From assembly GCA_043812915.1 (NCBI GenBank), contig JBDRLQ010000012.1:1-64000 (forward strand): 64,000 bases of DNA. Direction: 5' to 3'. This document shows positions 9,073-18,268 of the stretch, piece by piece. The notes below the pieces were generated by a model. The model saw only the letters and a program-made list of their open reading frames with translations, was not told the origin of the DNA and did no database searches. This stretch comes from Candidatus Micrarchaeota archaeon (GTDB lineage Archaea; Micrarchaeota; Micrarchaeia; Anstonellales; Bilamarchaeaceae). The number at the start of each line of letters is the position of its first letter. The first letter of the stretch is position 1. The position numbers and the translations under genes were made by a program.

Positions 9073-10251
9073 TTAGGCGAAGTCCTTCTTCAGTATAGAG
9101 AGCATGTCCTCGGCGCTCTGCCCGAGCTTTATCAGCGTGGTGTGCCCTCGGAGCCCCTTGCTGCTGGGTGTGGTGATTATCAGGCCCAGCATCTCAAGGT
9201 CGTTGAGGTATTCCCTGAACCACCTGGTGCTTCTGGCCCGTTTCTTCATCTTCTTGCAGGTTGCGCTGTAACCCTCATACACCTCTCCGGAGAGCAGGAA
9301 CCCGTCCTCCACACCCTCCAACCTGGAATATTTGCTGCCGGATATCGTGACGTTCGCTGCCGAATAAAGCACCATCCTGTGCATGTCCGGAAGCGTGCTC
9401 ACGGTTTCTGCGGTGAGGTCCAATTCAACCTTCTTCCTGGCCGCCTCAACCTCCTCATCAGTCACTTTCTCCTTCTGTGTCTGCTCTGCCATCTCCCCTG
9501 CCTTCATGAGCAGCTTGAGGGCGTATCTGGCGTCTCCGCTTTCCTGCGCGGTGAGCGCAGCTGCCAGGTTGATTGCGGAGTCTTCCACGACACCGCTCTC
9601 GAATCCGCCTTCGACCCGCTGATTCAGTATCTTGCGCAGCTGCTCGGAGGTATAAGGTGGATAGACCATCTCGGTCTCATACAGGCTGCTCCTGCTTCTT
9701 GGGTCAAGGGCTTCCTTGAATGAGAGCCTGTTCGAGATGCCGATAATGCTCACCCCTCCGGCAGTGGTCTCGTCATTTGCCCTGGTGAGGGTATAAACAA
9801 GCTCATCAAGATCCTTCACCATGTCAATCTCATCCAGTACGATTACGCTCTGGTGCCCGGAAGAAGTGGTCTCCAGGAGCTTCTCGTAAAGGTGGGGCAG
9901 CCCGAATCCGGCCTTGTCCATCTCGGGAATGTAATTCTTCATGATTTTCTGCATAATCCTGTACCTGGAATTGTAGATTCTGCAGTTGACGTAGTGCATC
10001 CTGGCATTTTTCTCCATGTTGGCAAAATCATCCATAATCTTCTTTATGCTGGAGGTCTTGCCCGTTCCGGTCTTGCCATAGATTATTAGGTTCCTGGGTT
10101 TCTGCCCCTTAAGAGCCGGGGAAACTATTGACATGACTTCCAGTATCTGCTCTTCCCTGAAGGGCAGATCCTTCGGAATATGATGTGGTGATAGCACTGA
10201 CATATTGCGAAAGATGGATTGCCTTGAAAGAATTTCATCAAAAGAAGCCAT
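9073..10251 (-). CDS. cdc6: Orc1/Cdc6 replication initiator
   Basis: LPFRE, YGKTGTGKT, VLDEID, GISN, PPYTSEQL, GDAR, C-terminal winged helix. Confidence 0.97.
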   Translation of the reverse strand: MASFDEILSRQSIFRNMSVLSPHHIPKDLPFREEQILEVMSIVSPALKGQKPRNLIIYGKTGTGKTSSIKKIMDDFANMEKNARMHYVNCRIYNSRYRIMQKIMKNYIPEMDKAGFGLPHLYEKLLETTSSGHQSVIVLDEIDMVKDLDELVYTLTRANDETTAGGVSIIGISNRLSFKEALDPRSRSSLYETEMVYPPYTSEQLRKILNQRVEGGFESGVVEDSAINLAAALTAQESGDARYALKLLMKAGEMAEQTQKEKVTDEEVEAARKKVELDLTAETVSTLPDMHRMVLYSAANVTISGSKYSRLEGVEDGFLLSGEVYEGYSATCKKMKKRARSTRWFREYLNDLEMLGLIITTPSSKGLRGHTTLIKLGQSAEDMLSILKKDFA

Positions 10252-10400
10252 GTTATGGATACTCTGCAAAGCATTAAAATAATAGTGGAAGTTTTGGTTG
10301 TGGTAAATGGATGATTTTTGCATTTTCCACTGCGCATTTGGTTACATATTTAATACCTCTCTTCATTACTAAATACTCTTAATTCAACGAATGAGGCGAA
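10252..10400. other. candidate replication origin / Orc1 binding region
   Basis: AT-rich intergenic region upstream of cdc6 with inverted mini-ORB-like AGTGGAA (10284-10290) and TTCCACT (10325-10331). Confidence 0.45.
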
Positions 10401-10405
10401 TTGAT

Positions 10406-10792
10406 ATGATAGTAGGAGAACGGATAGTGGAAGTAACCGGAAACAAGGACAAATGGGAGCCCATAAAGGGCCTGAATATCAACATTTCCCTGGACGATGT
10501 AAAGGTTGACGGGGAGAATGTGGAGATACATTACTCTTATACGGCCAACTATGAGGAGGGAGTCGGAAAGCTGAGCATCAGGGGCATCCTCATCGCCAAG
10601 GAGGACAAGAAGACCGCCAAGAGCATCGAGGACGAGTGGAAGAAGCACAAGAAAATCCCCGATGAATATGCGCAGTCGACCCTCAGCGCGATTAACTACA
10701 GCGGCAGTGCGAACGGCACTTTGCTCGCAAGGGTAATCGGCCTGACAGCCCCGCTCATCCCGCCGAGGATACAGCTCAAGGAGAAGAAATAA
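10406..10792 (+). CDS. conserved archaeal hypothetical protein (possibly SecB-like fold)
   Basis: Beta-rich N-terminal part and C-terminal LARVIGLTAPLIPPRI pattern; T-tract downstream. Confidence 0.75.
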   Translation: MIVGERIVEVTGNKDKWEPIKGLNINISLDDVKVDGENVEIHYSYTANYEEGVGKLSIRGILIAKEDKKTAKSIEDEWKKHKKIPDEYAQSTLSAINYSGSANGTLLARVIGLTAPLIPPRIQLKEKK

Positions 10793-10814
10793 TCTTCTTC
10801 TTTTCCCCTTTTTC

Positions 10815-11915
10815 TCAAATAGAATTGGTCGCGCATCCCTTGAGGATATAGAATATCGCAAGCGGCTCTGGGACGCTTGCCACATCCCCCTTTTTGTAAG
10901 CTTCTGCAGTCCCATCCATGTACCTGAGCTCCGGGACATCTTCAGTGAATATCACCTTCATGGAATCATTGCTCTGCATTACCGCGTCCCTGAATGGCTC
11001 GAACTTCCCAATGTCATCCACGACTCTAGCCACAAGCCCGGTATCCCCATGGATTGAATTCGGCACCCGAATCAGCTTGCTAAGGTCATGCGTCACCGCC
11101 GCATCGGTGTCGACTGCACGGACCGGCAGCGCCTCCGTCACTTTCTCCAGCCTCTTCAAAAGCTCGCTGCTCCTGAATGTTGTCTTGCTCCAGTTGCCCT
11201 CATTGATTCCTGATATGAAGAGTTCCCTCTCATTCTCCTTGGAGAACTTCCTTGAGAGTATTGCCGGTTTCTCCTTAAGGGTCCGGATAACTGCCCGGGC
11301 CAGCCTCCCTCGGTAGCCGCTCTCATCCGGCCTCGGGCCGGTCAGCTTCTTCAGGCGGGGTCCGATCTCCTCCTCTGTAAAGAACTGCATGTAGTCAAGG
11401 CCGTTGCCCTTGATGTAATCGACTATCTCCCGCCTTTCATCCCCCCCTATGTTCCGGAACCTGACATCAGTGACGTGGATGTGATAGCCACGGTTTCCTG
11501 AGAATGCGATTTTCACATTCTTCCTGTCGACCGCGAAATCCCCGACAATAAATTCATCCACAAGGCGGATTGCGTCCTCCTTTACTTCATCAAGTTTCTC
11601 ATACGCGCCGAATTTGCCCTCGGCATGGATGTCCAGATCGAATACCAGATCTGCTCCGGTTCTCTGCTTCTTCTGTATCGGGGTCGCGCCTGGGAATTCA
11701 TAATATGCGATGGAATGGGAGACGAACAAGGGAGTGTTCTGGGCAAGGTATCTCTTGAAATCATCCTCGCTGAAGAATGAGAGGTGCCTCGCATCAATCT
11801 TCTTCCGGTTTCCAATCCCGAACTCCCTGTTCTCTATGAATGGTATCCCGAAGGATGCAGTGGAATAGTAATCCGCGAACCTCTTGATTATGATCTGCCG
11901 CTCCTGCTCGTTCAT
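10815..11915 (-). CDS. priS: DNA primase catalytic subunit
   Basis: REFG, DLVFDLD, FSGNRGYH, DAAVTHDLSKLIRVPNSIHGDTG. Confidence 0.96.
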   Translation of the reverse strand: MNEQERQIIIKRFADYYSTASFGIPFIENREFGIGNRKKIDARHLSFFSEDDFKRYLAQNTPLFVSHSIAYYEFPGATPIQKKQRTGADLVFDLDIHAEGKFGAYEKLDEVKEDAIRLVDEFIVGDFAVDRKNVKIAFSGNRGYHIHVTDVRFRNIGGDERREIVDYIKGNGLDYMQFFTEEEIGPRLKKLTGPRPDESGYRGRLARAVIRTLKEKPAILSRKFSKENERELFISGINEGNWSKTTFRSSELLKRLEKVTEALPVRAVDTDAAVTHDLSKLIRVPNSIHGDTGLVARVVDDIGKFEPFRDAVMQSNDSMKVIFTEDVPELRYMDGTAEAYKKGDVASVPEPLAIFYILKGCATNSI

Positions 11916-12865
11916 TTCCCCTGCACCCCGCTGCGCCTCTCGTGGCGCGTGTGCCAGTGTATCGGTATCCCGATTCTGCAATTGGCTATGCAGAGCCCGT
12001 AGGTATTCACGGTAGCGCAGGAAGGGACGCTGTAACCTTTCTTCCTGGCATGCTCTATCTGGTACCGCGTTATCCTCTCGCTGTAGTCCGGGAGGTTGGA
12101 ATATATGCCCGCAATCTGGTCGTCATTCATCCCGATCGCTATCATGTAGGTCACCAGGAACCATCTGGCGGTGTGCGGCAGGTTCTGGTGCTTCCTGACC
12201 GCTTCCAGGAGCTTGTCGATACAGGGCGGATGGTCCCCAGGCTTCGCATTCACAGAGGGCAGCTTGGGCTTTGGTAGCATCTCAAGCAGCTCCTTTCCAG
12301 CCTTCTTTATCATGTCCGGCGGGTCATTGACAAGCGGCATCTTCTCCATATATTTTCTTGCCGCCTCCTCAATCAGCCTCTTCCGCTCCTCCTTGTTCAG
12401 AACTGCCTTCCCATTGATTATCTGCCTGTTTATCAGCCTGTAATGAACTGATTTGGGGGCTGAGGAAAGGAACACCGGTATGTCCATCAGGAGCCTGTTC
12501 CCCTCGCCCTCTGAAGTTACGCCAAGCTCATCCCCGACTTTCTTCACTGTGCCCTCAGGCTCGGAATTGAGATAGGCGTGAATCCTCTTGGATTCCTCCA
12601 CCGCAAATTTGTTGGTAAGATAGCTGTTCCTGAGGCAGCCGAGAATCATCCTGGCAACTGCGTAAGTCGCAATCTCCTCGATTTTCCGCTCATCGTGGAG
12701 CGCGCTGCTTTTTGCCAGCTTTCCCTCCATGGCCTGCTTTATCCTCTCTTTGGCAAGCTGGACTAGCTGCTCATCAACCTTAGCCTCCCTTTCCTTGAGA
12801 AGAACCCTTGCTGCGGAGCTGAATGGGTACCTAAGCGCAAAATCCAGCTCTCCTTGCCCCTCCAT
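11912..12865 (-). CDS. priL: DNA primase large subunit
   Basis: RYPF, HPPCI, NLPHTARW, TRYQIEH, YSVPSC...GLC Fe-S motif. Confidence 0.93.
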   Translation of the reverse strand: MEGQGELDFALRYPFSSAARVLLKEREAKVDEQLVQLAKERIKQAMEGKLAKSSALHDERKIEEIATYAVARMILGCLRNSYLTNKFAVEESKRIHAYLNSEPEGTVKKVGDELGVTSEGEGNRLLMDIPVFLSSAPKSVHYRLINRQIINGKAVLNKEERKRLIEEAARKYMEKMPLVNDPPDMIKKAGKELLEMLPKPKLPSVNAKPGDHPPCIDKLLEAVRKHQNLPHTARWFLVTYMIAIGMNDDQIAGIYSNLPDYSERITRYQIEHARKKGYSVPSCATVNTYGLCIANCRIGIPIHWHTRHERRSGVQGK

Positions 12866-12884
12866 ATAGCTAGTATCGCATCTT

Positions 12885-13388
12885 CTACTTAAAAAGCCTT
12901 TTTTGGAGGTAGTTGAAGAGCTCATACCCGAAATCAAAGCTCAGGATGGCTATGAAAAAGTCCCATCTTCCGACAAGCAGCATGGCAAGCGAGCCGATTT
13001 TCAGCACAAGCCTGTATTGGGTCAGGGGCCTCAGCTTGCCTATATAGTCCGCCTCGTCGAGGAAGGCAAGTACCAGGAAGTACGCGAAGAAATTGAGCGC
13101 AATGGGCTGAAGCCCGAAGTACAGCATCGATATCGCAGTCACCGCAATGCCGAGCATATGCGCCTTCGTATCAATCTTCTTTGCGAATACCTGCGCAATA
13201 ACCGCCGCGAGGAAGAGGACTGCGAAGCTGGCAGTTCCAATAAGATAGCCAATCAGGAACCCGTACACCATTGCAAGGGGCCATTTCAAGGGGTTCTTGC
13301 CCTTCTTATCATCATCAATCCAATCCACTATCTTGACAATAAATCCTGCGACAAGCGCAACCAGGAACGGAAGAAGGGCATCAATCAT
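12885..13388 (-). CDS. hypothetical multi-pass membrane protein
   Basis: Several TM helices; KIVDWIDD, KIDTKAH and FLDE motifs; operonic with dys. Confidence 0.75.
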   Translation of the reverse strand: MIDALLPFLVALVAGFIVKIVDWIDDDKKGKNPLKWPLAMVYGFLIGYLIGTASFAVLFLAAVIAQVFAKKIDTKAHMLGIAVTAISMLYFGLQPIALNFFAYFLVLAFLDEADYIGKLRPLTQYRLVLKIGSLAMLLVGRWDFFIAILSFDFGYELFNYLQKRLFK

Positions 13389-13393
13389 AAATC

Positions 13394-14290
13394 TCACTTC
13401 AGGAACGGCCGCATGATTAGCGGAACGGCTATAGTGGCGTCACAATCAACGGTTATATGCTTTGCGGCTTCACCGACTTTCCCCCAGGATATCGCCTCCT
13501 GGGTCCTCGCCCCGGATAATGAGCCATCCCAAGGGGACGCGGTAGTAACATAGACTGCATAATCAAGGCCGCCCCGGAGGAGATTCACCCCTATGGCGTG
13601 GTGCTTCGATATTCCGCCCCCAAGGATTATCCCGCCCGTCTTTTGAGCATCAAGCGCAAGGGAAGCGAGCTTCCCCATGTCCTTTGTGACGTCAATACCG
13701 AAGTCCTTTTTCTTCTGCTTGTAGAAATATGTCTGCAATCCTATTGCGGAATCCGTAATCCCCGGGCAGAACACAGGTATCTTGTTCTTTGAACACCAGT
13801 GGAGGAAGGAATTCTTGTTTTCAATCTGGTTGCCGATTTCCTCCGCAATGGCGCTTGGGGAAGTCACCTTCTCCTTCCCATAGAGCTTGTCGAAAACAGG
13901 CAGAATCTTCTCCTCCAGAAGCTCATACCGCTCATTCGGAATCAGTATATTGCCGAGCCGGTTTATCCCCTTCCGGTGCAGCTCCGCATCATCCATGTTG
14001 AAGGCCCCAGTTTCATAATCAGAATATGAGCGGATAAGGTCGTGGTCTATGCTTCCGCCTGCCGTAATAATCGCGTCCACGAACTTCTCGCGGCAGAGCT
14101 GCGTGAAGATGCCCCTCAGCCCGGAGGCTACCATGTTTGACGTGAATGACAGGAAGACAGTTGCCTTCTCCTTCTTCATTTTCTTGATTATGCCTATGGC
14201 CTTTGCGATATTTGTCGCCTGGAAGCCCATGCTCTCGAGCTTTCCCGGCTCGTTCAGGTCGAATCCGGATTCGATGTCCTTTACATTCAT
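13394..14290 (-). CDS. dys: deoxyhypusine synthase
   Basis: GFQATN, FTSNMVASGLRG, ILGGGISKHH, DGSLSGARTQEAISWGK, DATIAVP. Confidence 0.95.
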   Translation of the reverse strand: MNVKDIESGFDLNEPGKLESMGFQATNIAKAIGIIKKMKKEKATVFLSFTSNMVASGLRGIFTQLCREKFVDAIITAGGSIDHDLIRSYSDYETGAFNMDDAELHRKGINRLGNILIPNERYELLEEKILPVFDKLYGKEKVTSPSAIAEEIGNQIENKNSFLHWCSKNKIPVFCPGITDSAIGLQTYFYKQKKKDFGIDVTKDMGKLASLALDAQKTGGIILGGGISKHHAIGVNLLRGGLDYAVYVTTASPWDGSLSGARTQEAISWGKVGEAAKHITVDCDATIAVPLIMRPFLK

Positions 14291-14324
14291 GAATACCACT
14301 CAAAAATACTGTGATGACATCCTA

Positions 14325-14663
14325 TTAAAGCACTAGCCAAAACAGCAGCCCTGTGGCGAATGAAACCGCGTTTGCCGCCAGGCTAAGAACCGCCCCTTCC
14401 TTCAGGCTCATGTTCCTGAACATACTGCTCAGGATGACTGCCTCTGCAAGGAACGCGAAGAGCTCCGAGGATATGGCCTGCATCCCATAGCCTAGCCCCA
14501 TGGCCGGAAAAAGGAACCATACCAATGGATGCGTCATGGTGTTGGCGAGGGCGCTGTTCAGCACAATGTCCTTTGCCTCATATCTCCTTCGCAGCAGTAT
14601 GTAAATCACAGATGTCTCAAGAACCAGCGTAAGCAGGAAAGCCTGCGGAAAACTCAGTTCCAT
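14325..14663 (-). CDS. hypothetical membrane protein
   Basis: LTLVLET, ANTMTHPLVW, ELFAFLAEA and AANAVSF motifs across 4 TM helices. Confidence 0.75.
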   Translation of the reverse strand: MELSFPQAFLLTLVLETSVIYILLRRRYEAKDIVLNSALANTMTHPLVWFLFPAMGLGYGMQAISSELFAFLAEAVILSSMFRNMSLKEGAVLSLAANAVSFATGLLFWLVL

Positions 14664-15130
14664 TTCGCACCTGATTTGAATGCCCCCAGGGCAAGCAATA
14701 CAAGGAACAGCACACTGAAGCAGCATGGCGTTTTCTCGGTATACTCAATCTCGCCGCTGGCAGCATCCACCCTTATCTCGGCTCCGCCTTCAGTCATGAA
14801 GAAGCTCCTGCTCTCCATCTGCGCCCCCCCATCACGGCTATAGGAGATATGGCCGTCAGCCTCATAGAAGCAGGGGTTTAGCTTATAGAACCAGTATTCG
14901 TTCGTGCACCTATTCTTTAGGCAAGGGAGTTCTCTTTCCCTCTCTTCCATGATGCCCTCATAATCGTCTTCCCTATCTGCTTCGCAGACATACTTGGCCT
15001 CGAAAGAACCAATAGCATCAGCTCCCCCATCCATGAAAATGATTTCCAGCTGGGGTGGCGGCGGCCCTGGCATGGCATCGGCAAAAGAGATGCAGGCAAA
15101 AAGAAGCAGCCCGAATGCAATCCTTTTCAT
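14654..15130 (-). CDS. hypothetical exported protein with C-terminal membrane anchor
   Basis: Signal peptide, several Cys, C-terminal PCC followed by a hydrophobic stretch. Confidence 0.7.
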   Translation of the reverse strand: MKRIAFGLLLFACISFADAMPGPPPPQLEIIFMDGGADAIGSFEAKYVCEADREDDYEGIMEERERELPCLKNRCTNEYWFYKLNPCFYEADGHISYSRDGGAQMESRSFFMTEGGAEIRVDAASGEIEYTEKTPCCFSVLFLVLLALGAFKSGAKWN

Positions 15131-17328
15131 TTCCTCAATCTCTCCATGACGGCTTTTATGATTATTGGCCAGGCGATTGTCGCGTCAGCGAAAACCTCCG
15201 CCTGCATCCCGCCCTGGCTTCTTGGAACAAATTTCCCCCAGCTGACACCTTCGGAATATGTGCAGCCGCTATTTGAGACAATAATTCCATTTGCAGCGAA
15301 ATTATGTGTATTATCAACTGTCATATCATATGTCTCGTCTTCTCCGAAATACTCGACCGACATTACGAAATGATTGTCTACACAATTTTCCTCAATCCAT
15401 TTCCGTCCAATTCCATGAATCTGCATTCTCTTCTGGAACACCTTGGTGCTGATATTCAATTTTCTTGCAGCTCTTGTTATCACCCCTTCTTCTGCAATCA
15501 GGGCATTCCTGATGGCAGTGTCGGTTATGCCTTTTATGAATCTGCCATTCTTTTCTCCTGTTACCAATCTTGATCTGGTCTCTGGTGAGAGGGACCCCCA
15601 TCTCTTTCTGGTAGCTTCGTGTGCATTTTGTAGCCTAATCTTTTTTTCTTCTTTATTCATAGGCAACCAGTAGGAAGTAGATATGGCAGATCTTCTGATT
15701 CTTTCTTCAGGTTGTAATGCTGTTTGTTTGCGCTTTTCGCATAACCTCTGATATTCTTCCTCATCAAGGTCATTCCAGAATTTTCTTGATTTTTCCTGCA
15801 TAACTAATGGATTTGTAATTTCCTTAAGGGTCTGCCTTTGTTTTTCTATGCTCTCCTGCGTCTGTGCAAATCTGTGATATCTTGCATGGTCTACAAAATC
15901 TATCGTATCAAGGTTATCCGGTGTGTTATTCAGGGTATTGTGGTCAATATGATGTACTGCTTCACTCATTGCCAGCTTTCTTCCTATCATTTCCTGCACG
16001 ATGAAGCGATGTTCAGGAATTTTCTTACCGTTGTTCAGGCTGATGAACCGGTAGAAGCCGTGCTTGTCTGCTTTATGATATGTGTTGAACGGCATCAGCC
16101 TGTCATTTTCCTTTAATTCAGAAACTAGTTTGAAGTTTCCATCTCTTAGCATGATTTTATGTTCTGCCGAAGCGACTATCTCTTCTGTTCTTAGTTTTCT
16201 ACCATTGCTCCAGCCGGCTATCCAGCCATATTTGACTTTATAGAGCTTCTTGACTCCAGTTTTCCAAACTCTTCGGGCATTTGACAGAACTATCCGTTTT
16301 TTATGGAAATCATATGCATACACAGGAAAATTCGAAGTGTCTGCAAGTTCCCGTATTGGTACTCCGTCTGGATATTCCGTAAGGTCCCGTGGGGAGTCTA
16401 TCTTTGTATCTCCGTGCAGGCAAAGTCCGCCCCAGTGCACAGGCTCAGGGCAAATCCTGGTCGCGTATTGGAACATCTTCATAGCCCCGCCCTCGCCGAT
16501 TCTCCTGTCGATAAGATCAAGATACGGGCCAACCTGCTGCGCCCAGTTCCTTGGAACTCCCCCGCCTATAGTGAATATCCCGAGCTTATCCGCCTTCCTG
16601 ACACGCTCGGTATAATCCTCCAAATCAAGGTAAGGGTCAAAGGTGATGTCTGGCCTCCCATCAAGCTTCCTCTTCCTCTTGTTTGTGCCAAGGTCAAGGC
16701 CGAGTTCGCTGTCAGTGAATGCAGGGACATATACAGGCACCTTCTTCACATATGCTGATTTTAGCACTCCACGCCCGGGAGCGTTCTTCACAAGGAATTC
16801 GCCCAGCTTCTCATTGAGCTTGTAGCTGCATAAAGGCTCCTTCCCATCCCACTCATCAAGCACATGGCTCACAATCTCCGCGGCAGCGTCAAGGTTCTTC
16901 TCCATCTCTAGCGTGTCATACACCCGGTTGTAGCCCTTGTCATACAGCTCCTCATCATTCATGTCAGGCCTGTATTTGAAATGCGTCATGCCGGCAGCCT
17001 CGGTGAAGCCGTGCGCCATAAGCGCGCCCGTGCTTACTACGATGTCAGCCATGCCGTTCTCAATCATGTCGCACACAACGTGGCTCATCTTTGCAATGGT
17101 CATCGCCCCTGAGAGGGTGAGCACCTTCAGGCATTTCCTGTCCTTTGTCATGCTCTCCAGGACATCCGCCGCTTCGCCGAGGTTCCTCCCTCCGAAAGCG
17201 GTGAATTTCATCCCACGGACAATATCATCAACCGTTTTGCAGTCTCCAAGCTCAAGCGGCTTCAGCGGCTCAAGGCCATCCTTCTGCCCCTCTCCGAACT
17301 CCTTTATGTTCCTGTGCTTCTCTTCCAT
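15127..17328 (-). CDS. deoxyhypusine synthase-like protein (second paralogue) containing an intein
   Basis: AFGGRNLGEA, LSGAMT, VSTGA, IGGGVPRNWAQQ, HWGGL|intein|SGCTYSEGVSWGK, ADATIAWP. Spliced product is 349 aa. Confidence 0.93.
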   Translation of the reverse strand: MEEKHRNIKEFGEGQKDGLEPLKPLELGDCKTVDDIVRGMKFTAFGGRNLGEAADVLESMTKDRKCLKVLTLSGAMTIAKMSHVVCDMIENGMADIVVSTGALMAHGFTEAAGMTHFKYRPDMNDEELYDKGYNRVYDTLEMEKNLDAAAEIVSHVLDEWDGKEPLCSYKLNEKLGEFLVKNAPGRGVLKSAYVKKVPVYVPAFTDSELGLDLGTNKRKRKLDGRPDITFDPYLDLEDYTERVRKADKLGIFTIGGGVPRNWAQQVGPYLDLIDRRIGEGGAMKMFQYATRICPEPVHWGGLCLHGDTKIDSPRDLTEYPDGVPIRELADTSNFPVYAYDFHKKRIVLSNARRVWKTGVKKLYKVKYGWIAGWSNGRKLRTEEIVASAEHKIMLRDGNFKLVSELKENDRLMPFNTYHKADKHGFYRFISLNNGKKIPEHRFIVQEMIGRKLAMSEAVHHIDHNTLNNTPDNLDTIDFVDHARYHRFAQTQESIEKQRQTLKEITNPLVMQEKSRKFWNDLDEEEYQRLCEKRKQTALQPEERIRRSAISTSYWLPMNKEEKKIRLQNAHEATRKRWGSLSPETRSRLVTGEKNGRFIKGITDTAIRNALIAEEGVITRAARKLNISTKVFQKRMQIHGIGRKWIEENCVDNHFVMSVEYFGEDETYDMTVDNTHNFAANGIIVSNSGCTYSEGVSWGKFVPRSQGGMQAEVFADATIAWPIIIKAVMERLRK
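15271..16422 (-). mobile_element. intein (384 aa) with HNH homing endonuclease
   Basis: Begins CLHGDT, block B SAEH, HNH EHR...VHHIDHNTLNNTPDNL, ends YDMTVDNTHNFAANGIIVSN followed by Ser. Visibly AT-richer than the flanks. Confidence 0.95.
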
Positions 17329-17400
17329 GCTTTCCGACCTCTGTAAATGTATGCAATTAGCGTATAGAATCAAGCAGAAAGCAATAATTGGATATCGTTT

Positions 17401-18162
17401 TCAGGCCTTTGCCTTCCTTAGGGCAATCGACAAGTTGTCTGCTACATCGGAGGCGCAGAAATTCAGCCCGTGCTCCTTTTTCGCTAGGTTTCCTGCCACC
17501 CCATTCAGGTATGCGGCAGCAGCTGCTGATTCGAAAGCGGGATTCTTGCAGAAGAGCGCTGCGACAAGGCCGGAAAGAACATCCCCGGTTCCCCCGCGAG
17601 TCATGCCCTCATTGTGCACCTTGTTCAACAGGGTCCTCTTCCCGTCGCTGATTATGTCCACATGCCCTTTCTTGAGGATTATGCAGGAGTGCTTCTTGGC
17701 CATCTCCTTCACGTTCTTCTTAGTGCCTTCTTTCCCGAAGAGCATTTTGAACTCCCCCTCATGCGGCGTAAGTATGCATCCCTTCGGAATCTTGCCCTTA
17801 ACGCGTCTTAGCCCATCAGCATCAATAACAGCACGTTTTGCCTTCGCAAGAGCGCCAAGGGGGTATCTGGCCTTGCCAAGCCCGACTCCGAAGAGCACGC
17901 AGTCATATTCCTCAGGCTTTGGGGCAGAGCGCTTCACAATCACTTCAGGGATTGTTTTCACTGCTCTGATGAGCAGGATGTCCCTGTCAGGCGGATAGAA
18001 GCTCACCAGGTCAACAAATCTTCGTGCGGCAATTATTGAGAGCATAGGGGCGCCGTGGTACTGTCTGCTTCCGCCGACAATCAGAAGCTTTCCGTTCATC
18101 CCTTTCCGTGACTTTTTTGGAGGGATGTATAGCGAGCGGGTGATTCTTTCGATGCTCTCCAT
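17401..18162 (-). CDS. nnrD: ADP-dependent NAD(P)H-hydrate dehydratase
   Basis: KGMNGKLLIVGGS, VIDADGL, ILTPHEGEF, GGTGDVLSG. Confidence 0.92.
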   Translation of the reverse strand: MESIERITRSLYIPPKKSRKGMNGKLLIVGGSRQYHGAPMLSIIAARRFVDLVSFYPPDRDILLIRAVKTIPEVIVKRSAPKPEEYDCVLFGVGLGKARYPLGALAKAKRAVIDADGLRRVKGKIPKGCILTPHEGEFKMLFGKEGTKKNVKEMAKKHSCIILKKGHVDIISDGKRTLLNKVHNEGMTRGGTGDVLSGLVAALFCKNPAFESAAAAAYLNGVAGNLAKKEHGLNFCASDVADNLSIALRKAKA

Positions 18163-18268
18163 AAACCCAATTCAGGGTTATCTCTTATAAAGCTGATTTT
18201 AACCATGACGGACTATGTGCCTTCTCCGCAATGCAAGTATTAAAAATCGCGGATGGTATCTCTTCCTT

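Noticed and set aside
16937..17998. 353-aa plus-strand ORF and similar long antisense ORFs (e.g. 41603-42400, 55818-56552, 60441-61436)
   Set aside because: Shadows of well-supported opposite-strand genes, with no motifs of their own.
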